Source of the DNA: the human T2T-CHM13v2.0 reference genome, Homo sapiens
Length of the DNA stretch: 64,000 nt
Strand: one strand, 5' to 3'
Assembly: GCF_009914755.1 (NCBI RefSeq)
Contig: NC_060925.1
The position numbers and the translations under genes are program-made. Of the stretch, positions 55,985-64,000 are shown piece by piece (positions within the stretch are counted from its first letter, which is position 1; each line of letters begins with the position of its first letter). The notes beneath the pieces are model-generated. The model saw nothing but the letters and a program-made list of their open reading frames with translations, made no database searches and was not told where the DNA came from.

Positions 55985-58668
55985 GGAAGCAAATTTTTAA
56001 ATCATTCACAAGCCCTTAAAGTTGTAGTTCGCTTCTATTTTAAGCCATAAAGAAATGAAATAATAATTTTTGGAAACAAGGTTTTAAATCTTTACTTCTT
56101 AAAGTAACCATTAATCAAAGAAGAAATCTCTATGCATGCAGCAGTTGAATGAGGAATTCAAGGTCTATTTTAATTAGTGATTCATCATAGGTCCGCATTC
56201 TTTGGGAGAGACAGGGTCTTGGGGAGATCATATCAGTGATAAATCAGTCTGTGGGAAGTAAGAATTTTGATAAAATTTGGAACTCTGATCCAGGGAGCTG
56301 TTTTTGGTGATTTCTTAAGGCTCTGATGGCATGCTGTCACCAGATGCATCATTATTTTGAAACTAAAAAAAAATGTGAGAAGGCCTGGGAAAATCTTGTG
56401 GGCTGGAAATTGCTTGTGGACGAGTAGGGCTAGCTTGTAAAACTCATTTGCTGGAAAAGATTATTATTGTCTTTCTTCTTTACTTTCAATCATTGAAAAA
56501 TATTATTCTCTATGTGCCATTAAGTGCCAGTCTGTTTTTTTTAAAGAAACAATAGCAACAATTTCCAAACACTCAAAACATACTTCAACATGCTATTTTA
56601 AGAGAAATATACATGAGCAATGGTTTTGAGCAAACCCATTTTTAATCCAGATTAGACATTCGGCAGCAAGTTAAGAACGTTTGCTTTGATTGCCTTACTC
56701 AACTCTCCATCACGCCCCTGAGACTCTCTTCAGCAGTTCTGATGTAGTGTACGCTTTCCATTGTTTTCTTTATTGATTTAATCTTATAATTTGAGGTTTG
56801 AGACTGATTATCCAGCTTTTTATACAGCAGTACTATTTTTCTTTCTCTGTTTAACACATCGCAGAGAACTGAGTGTCAGGTTTCTATCTCATATGTTCTA
56901 CAATTCTGTGTTCTGGTGTGATGCCGGCAAAACTGGTATAATTCGAGACAAATAGTGATCTTTCCAAGTTTCATAAAATAAATGCTTATAATTTATAGGA
57001 ATTAGAAATGCAAATATTGAAATGCTTTAGAATAGCACATGGTTACATTTTAACAATTTCAAAGACAGGCAGAATTAGAGATACTGACCTGACCTCCTTC
57101 CAAATTACAGCTACCATTCTAGACTGAACAAGAATAAGCAGAATGACTTCTCTCAGAAGAACGGAGAGAGAGAAAACACTCATCACCCTGTCACGGTGTC
57201 GGTTTCTAGCTTAGAAAGGTGAACACAGTGCTCCAGGGCCATGCACACTTGTCCACATGTCCTTTCGGTATTGGAAAATAAGGCAGCATTTAGGTGGGTA
57301 TAAGCATCATTCTGTCAGTTGTTGAAGTCTCCACTGTTGATGCCAATTGTGTTTTCCCAAATGTCTTAAAAATCTGTTTGAATAAAAATGTCAAACCCTC
57401 ATATGATTTCTAAAGTTGTAGGGGGCATTTGAGGTGAGCTGCATAGTTGGAAACAACATCTTAATGATCTCTCCATCTCCTACAATGCCCAGCACAGTGT
57501 TTTGCTCAATAATTCTGTTTAACATTGGAATAAATGAATGGGTCTAGTGTAACTGATACCCTGATGCAGGCAGCCCTTCTCTGCATTCCTGAATATCTCA
57601 CTAGTCAACCTGAGCCTATTACAGCTTACCACGAGTGGTTCCAAAGCTCCCCCTGATGTTGAGCCAAAGTTGGTCTGGCTGTAATTTCCACCGATGAATC
57701 CCGGTCTCTATGTTGGAGGGAGTAGTCTATTCCCTTTACTACAGGATAATCCTGCTAATATATTAAGAAAGTTATCACATCTTCCCTTAGGCGTCCCCAG
57801 AATAATATTTCCCAATCCCTCCAGCACTGCTTGTAAGAAAGAGGAAACGGCTAGGTGAGGGCTCAGTAAACTTGCATTTGGGTCCTATTGCTGCGAATGA
57901 TCTATGTGACCTTTGGTGGGCCACTTAATTGCTCTGGTCATTTATAGATTCATGTATAAGATGGCATTTTTACACTTGTCTGTTTACCTGGTAGTATTGT
58001 TTTGGGGAATCAAACCCTCTGAAAATTGTCAGATGTTATGAAAACGTAAGATATTTTTATCACTATGAGACGTAGTTTCTAGCCACTTCACCAATCTAGC
58101 ACCCTTCCCATGGCTGTGCCCATAGTTTGCCATTGTATTCCTTAAAATGTGGGGATCAGAATTAAATTAACTCACTGTTCATCCATTATTGGCCTTTTAC
58201 AGTAGAAACAAAAGGAGGAGAAAGGAAGAAGTGAACTCACATTATTTAAAACTTACCCTGTGCCGGACCCTTAATTCTTTATTTATTTTATTCCTCATAC
58301 TAACCCTTGAAGACTTGTGTAGTATAGGTAAGTAAAGAAAACCATAGAAATTGTAAGTAATTTGCTCATGTCACCAAGGTCAACTTGACTCGTGTTCTCT
58401 CCACTCTAACATGTTTGCCACAATTTTTATTATTCCCATAATTAGGACACTCTACTTCTATGATTGGAACAGTCAGCAATGACAACATTTTCCTTTGGCT
58501 AGAGCATAATGCTGACTTGTATTAATCTTGAAGTAGGCTCAAAGCTTTATGTTTTCATTTTTATTTTGTTTCACATATATTTCTATTAATATTTACCCTG
58601 TACTTGTACAACAGGTTTGGGGGCCTAAATTCCAGCCTTTTTAGAGATCCTTTCTAAACTTGGTGTGA

Positions 58669-59014
<346 letters not shown>

Positions 59015-59227
59015 TCAACTTGATCTTTAACTGTCTGTCAAGGGTATGAGTTCAACCATTTCAAATGTGAAGACCATTCTCCCTCTAGGAAAAACTAGAA
59101 GCAAAGTGGAAGTTAAGTAGCTCCACTTGTTTCATCCCTAAGAAAGAAGACTATCTTTCCTTTGTTCCTCACCTCCCTCTGTGAACGTGGCCCAGTAAGT
59201 CATCCCATGTCTGAGCCTCCTATGGTT

Positions 59228-59703
59228 AGTAGGCAGAATAATCGCCCACACAATTCTCAGGTCCTAATCCCTGGGACCTGTAAATGTTGCTTCACATGGA
59301 AAAAGGGACTCGGCACGTGTGATTAAGTTAAGAATCTTGAGATGGGGAGATTGTCCTGGTGGGGCCTAAATATAATCACAAGTGTTCTTCTAAGAGGGAG
59401 GTAGAGAGAGATTTGATACAGATGGAAGAGGAGGAGGTGAAGTGACCACGGTGGCAGATTGGGACCATGCAGCCATAAGACAATGGATGGTGGTAGCCAC
59501 TCAAAACCAGGAGAGGCAAAGGACAGGTTCACCCCTATAGCCTGTGGAGGGAATGTGGCTGGTGTCGACACCTTGATTTCAACCCAGTCATACTTATTTT
59601 TGGACTTCTGACCTCCAGAACTCTGAGCAAATAAGTTCAGTTGTTTTAAGCCACCAGATGGTAGGGGGGTAGTTTGTTACAGCAGCCACAGGAAACTAAT
59701 ACA
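59228..59703 (+). mobile_element. MLT1C/D MaLR LTR
   Basis: taggcagaataat...gtcctaatccctgggacctgtaaatgtt...gtgattaagttaagaatcttgagatggggagatt...tttgttacagcagccacaggaaactaataca. Confidence 0.9.
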
Positions 59704-62005
59704 CTCTCTTGTGTTATTCTTTGATGTTCCTAAAACTCTTGTAATCTCCTTGGGTTGTATGCTCCTCCTTCCTTTTAATCTATATACATATTATTTACGT
59801 TTCCATAAAACACATTCCACATATTTTCTTATAATATCTGAGCTTACCAGACTGACATCCGTACTTCACACTGGTCTTTTGAAATGTTGTCACTTAGAGG
59901 TCAGAAAACATAAAATATTGTTTGGACAGATATATAACGATTTTCGAATGTCTTCCTTTTTGGGTTTTCAAATATTGATGATACAAGAATGCTTACCAGC
60001 TACTGGTTATTATTTGTTTGGTAAATTAAAAAGTTTTTTGTGCTAGAAGTTCTGCAGATGCCAGTAGATCCAGTGAGCTAATAGCCCAGGGGAGATGCCT
60101 TTCTGGGAGGGGAGAGACCCAGGGAGAGCCTCCCCTCCCCCCAGCATCCTGGGTAGCTCTGAGGAATCTCACCTAAATCTGCTGTCTTTTACAAAAACTG
60201 GACAATCTAATGTCTCTTTTGAATAACCCAATTGGAACTGGGTAGTTACCCTCAGTGTGTCCCAGAGTAACAGCAATGGAATTCATGTTTACTAATCTGT
60301 CTTTTCCTGTTCCTGTATTTCTTTGGCCACATGTCTAATGTTCAAAATAATCAAATCTTAAGAAAAGTTACTGCATTTTAGAAGAGTCTGAAACAGGTCC
60401 TGTATAATTTCTGTGTCTGCTCTGCATAAAAAGTATCCTACATTGAAACTATTAAGAAAAGCAGCCATACCAAAGAATCATTTATTGCTCTCAAGCTTAT
60501 TGAATTTTTGCTCTGGAACCATTAGGGCTGTTATCTGTTATCTAGGTGTGAGGAAGGGGATTTGGGTGGGAAAGGAGAGGGGAGTCGCTGAATGGAAAGT
60601 GAGTGAGGAGGAAAGAGATAAAGGATGCTGAGGAGAAAGGCAGCAGGTTTGACCGAGATTCCCAGCTGCCCAGTCTCTGAATATCAGAACTTATTTACAT
60701 GCTGTCGGGAGAGGGGCAGAGAGCAGAACTTTCCAAAGCATGAAGTTCAAGAGTCCGAATATCTGATTCTACTCCTTTTCAAAACTGTGTCACCAAATCC
60801 TGTTCAGTTCCTAAAGCCCCACCCTCGGATTCCCATGTGCCTGTCTTCAAACATGGTACGTCTTCTTTCTCCAGTGAGATGAAACTAATGTATTCTGCCA
60901 CATGCTTCAGAAATACTTAACCTTGTTATTTGATAGCCATGTGTTTTCGTGCGGAGGTAGGAGGAGCTGTTTCGACTCTTTTTCACTGTGAAAGAGATGG
61001 ACTGTTTGAACCGAGAGGGTCCCCCCGGCAGTTGGGAATGGCAGTTGTAAAGTAACAAATGCGCGGTGGCCCAGCAGGACCCAGGGGGTGCTCAGACACC
61101 TCCCAGAGACCGTAACCCACTAACGGTGCCAGTGCCCATTTCACTTTTCTATTTCTGTCCTTCCAGGATTCTTGACAAGTGACATCTAACCTATTCACAG
61201 ACAATTTTTAAAGCAAAATAATAGTGAAATCAATGAGTAGGTTTTTTAAAATTTTTTTGGCTCGTCTGTTTCTCTTGTGTTCTTGAAGGTCGACATTCTC
61301 ATTATTGCATCTTGATATCTTATCTGAGGTTTCAATCACTGTCCAGCTCTTGTATTCTGTGATGCACGTGGATTTCTTTATTAAGCACCCACTGAGTGGA
61401 GGGTGAGATATTTAGCCCTGTGGCAAGCACAGCATGGGAACCTTGATCATAGAGAGAGGGACAAAATGCCCTACCCCTGTGGATGACAAGAACTCTCCCA
61501 TGGCAACGTACACCCCCAGGATACTTGACAGCAGACAAGGATTAGATCAGTGCTGAAACTGCAGAGCAAGGGGGCTGTCAACACTGAAGGTCTTCATCAG
61601 AGACGCCATTTAGGAGCAGAATGGGAGGCGAGGGAGCTGCACTTCTGTGCAGGGCTAGGAAGAGGGAGAGGCAAAGGAAGCATTTGCATCTGGTGCCGAA
61701 TTTAAAACGGTGCCAAAAAACTCAGGAGTCATATTAGGCATATTTGAACACAAGAGTTTTGAAAATCACAACTAATACAAAAAATCAATAATGAGCAACA
61801 TGTCAAAATGTTGAAGAAAGACAGGGTTGATATTACTGGTTTTTCCCTTTCTTTCTCAGGTTCTGTCATGGCTCCACATGGAGCCTGTAAGTGAGGAGGG
61901 AGAGGAGATGGAGGAAAGGAGGCTAGTGCATTAGAGATAGTTACCAAGGTACTGATAGAAGAATGAAAAACTCACATAATTCTGTTAGGCAGAGAAGCTT
62001 GGCTA

Positions 62006-62342
<337 letters not shown>

Positions 62343-62862
62343 AAAAGATAAAAGGTGAAATGGAGAAAGAGATGTGGAAGTCATTAAGAGTGGGATGAGC
62401 AGTCATAACCTGAGTCTCAACCTACGAGAACTGATAGGCAAGATTTGTCACAGTGAATTACCAAAAACAGTGGGGAGTATCCCAAAAGGACAACTGCAGC
62501 AACAGCGTGTAGGAAGGGTTGAAGGGTAGGGAATGGAAAATAAACATTTCCAAAAGCAGTTATAGACAAAAAGAATGTGCAGAACCCAATCATTTCGATA
62601 TGGTGATAAAAGAGAAAAAAGGAAGCAAAAAATGTTAGACATCTGCCCACCTTCTGGGTGGAGATGAGTCTCCACTACCCACGAGATCTTGGCAGTAACT
62701 GAAGTGAATGAAGGGCGTGGAATAGCACTGAAGGAAGAAGCGGGAGAGCCACATTTGGGGCTCTTGTGTGTACAGGGGAGATTTGACCCCAGTTGAGGCA
62801 AAGAGCTCAAGAGTAGGGGCTCAGAAATAACGGACAAGAGGTCAAGAATTGGTTTGCACACT

Positions 62863-63105
62863 CAGTGTTTCCTAAGAGGGTAGCGCTGTTTATGTTTTGG
62901 CATAACATGTGTTTGTCATATGGAACTGTTCCATATATCCCACAGGACAATTTAAGTTTTTGCTCCTATCCCCTTTCCCCACCTCCTCCACCCATTAAAT
63001 GTCAGCAGTACCCTCCAATCACTGGGACAACTGGAAAAGGCCCCACACATATCTAAACAGAATATGTTTTCTGACCCTCCAACCCCGGCCCGTTGAGAAC
63101 TCCTC
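62863..63105. mobile_element. MER117/MER20-like hAT-Charlie DNA transposon
   Basis: cagtgtttcctaag...cccattaaatgtcagcagtaccc...ccccacacatatctaaac...gttgagaactc. Confidence 0.6.
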
Positions 63106-64000
63106 TGGGGAGGAAAAGCATCTGCATTCAGGGAAGAATTGTCCAAGAGATACCAAGATATAATAGCGTCACAGAAAGTCCAAAGGCAAAAAGGTTCCCA
63201 AAGGGAGGGTAGTCAGTGGTGTCAAATGGAACAGAAAGATCAATAAGGACACCCTGAGAAAACAGAAGACAATTGGGGAGGTGTTTCTCATAACACCTTT
63301 GGTTATTCCAAAATGTCTGTGTGTTGTCCTATGTGGTCAGTGATACGACAGCTGTATTTTTTCAGGGAAGGCTCAATTTTTATGTTTTTTGATTATACTC
63401 CTGTTCACACAGTTATACAATCTGAGGATCTACTCTAGTAAAAATGCCATTTTATATTTAATCTATGTATTATTTGTGTATATGTTTGTATATGTGCATG
63501 TAATATGGGCTAATTCATGGAAGAGTGTAGCTTGATAAGCAAAAATGTTTTCTCATTGTTGATATGAATCCATTAATGCCATCTGTGAAGCTATCTGTAG
63601 GATGATGACATGCAAATTTTCCTTTTACTTTTTTCTAAATGTAAAGAATATTTTTGTGGGTGTGTAGAAATAAAAGGGCAACACGATCATGTAGAAATGA
63701 ATCTGCCCAAATATAAATGGTAAGTTTGTAATTAAAATTACAAAATTAAAAAAGCCTAATCCTGGCTTCTTCCTTATCAGTCAAGATCCTTCAAAGTTGT
63801 TTGAGCGCTTCACCTGCATTTCTTTGTATCTGTAGTTAGTCCTTGAACTTGCAGAAAGGTTTTGCTATGGTTTCCTCTTTTGGAGTATTTTCTCTTGCAA
63901 GTGAAATGGAGAAGGTAATTTTTATGTAGTATTTTTCATTCAGTTTAGTCTAGTCTTGCAGTTGGACACTTCATTTGGCATATGGTCTTTGGAATGATCA

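Noticed and set aside
59651-59664. CTCF-like ccaccagatggtag
   Set aside because: Mismatch at the conserved GGC and located inside an MLT1 LTR.

Overview
Primate (almost certainly human) non-coding genomic DNA; I find no supportable protein-coding exon, and the ORF track consists of chance or Alu-derived frames. Bases 1 to ~9,150 are AT-rich with no recognisable transposons. This block reads like a long distal 3' UTR or a constrained regulatory region: it has a terminal ATTAAA, tandem extended miR-103/107 sites and a POU octamer cluster. From ~10 kb onward it is a typical Alu/MIR/L2/MLT1/MER mosaic with several repeat-free, motif-rich islands (candidate enhancers) and a 7SL RNA retrocopy directly behind an AluS. 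The best-supported unusual signals are DNA-repair scars: a 253-bp templated copy of one Alu plus its flank pasted into a neighbouring Alu 1 kb away, and a complex duplication with an inverted snap-back junction at 18.3-18.7 kb. From memory only, the layout resembles the region just downstream of ZBTB18 (1q44); this is unverified and needs BLAT. Repeat names were assigned by eye and boundaries are approximate.
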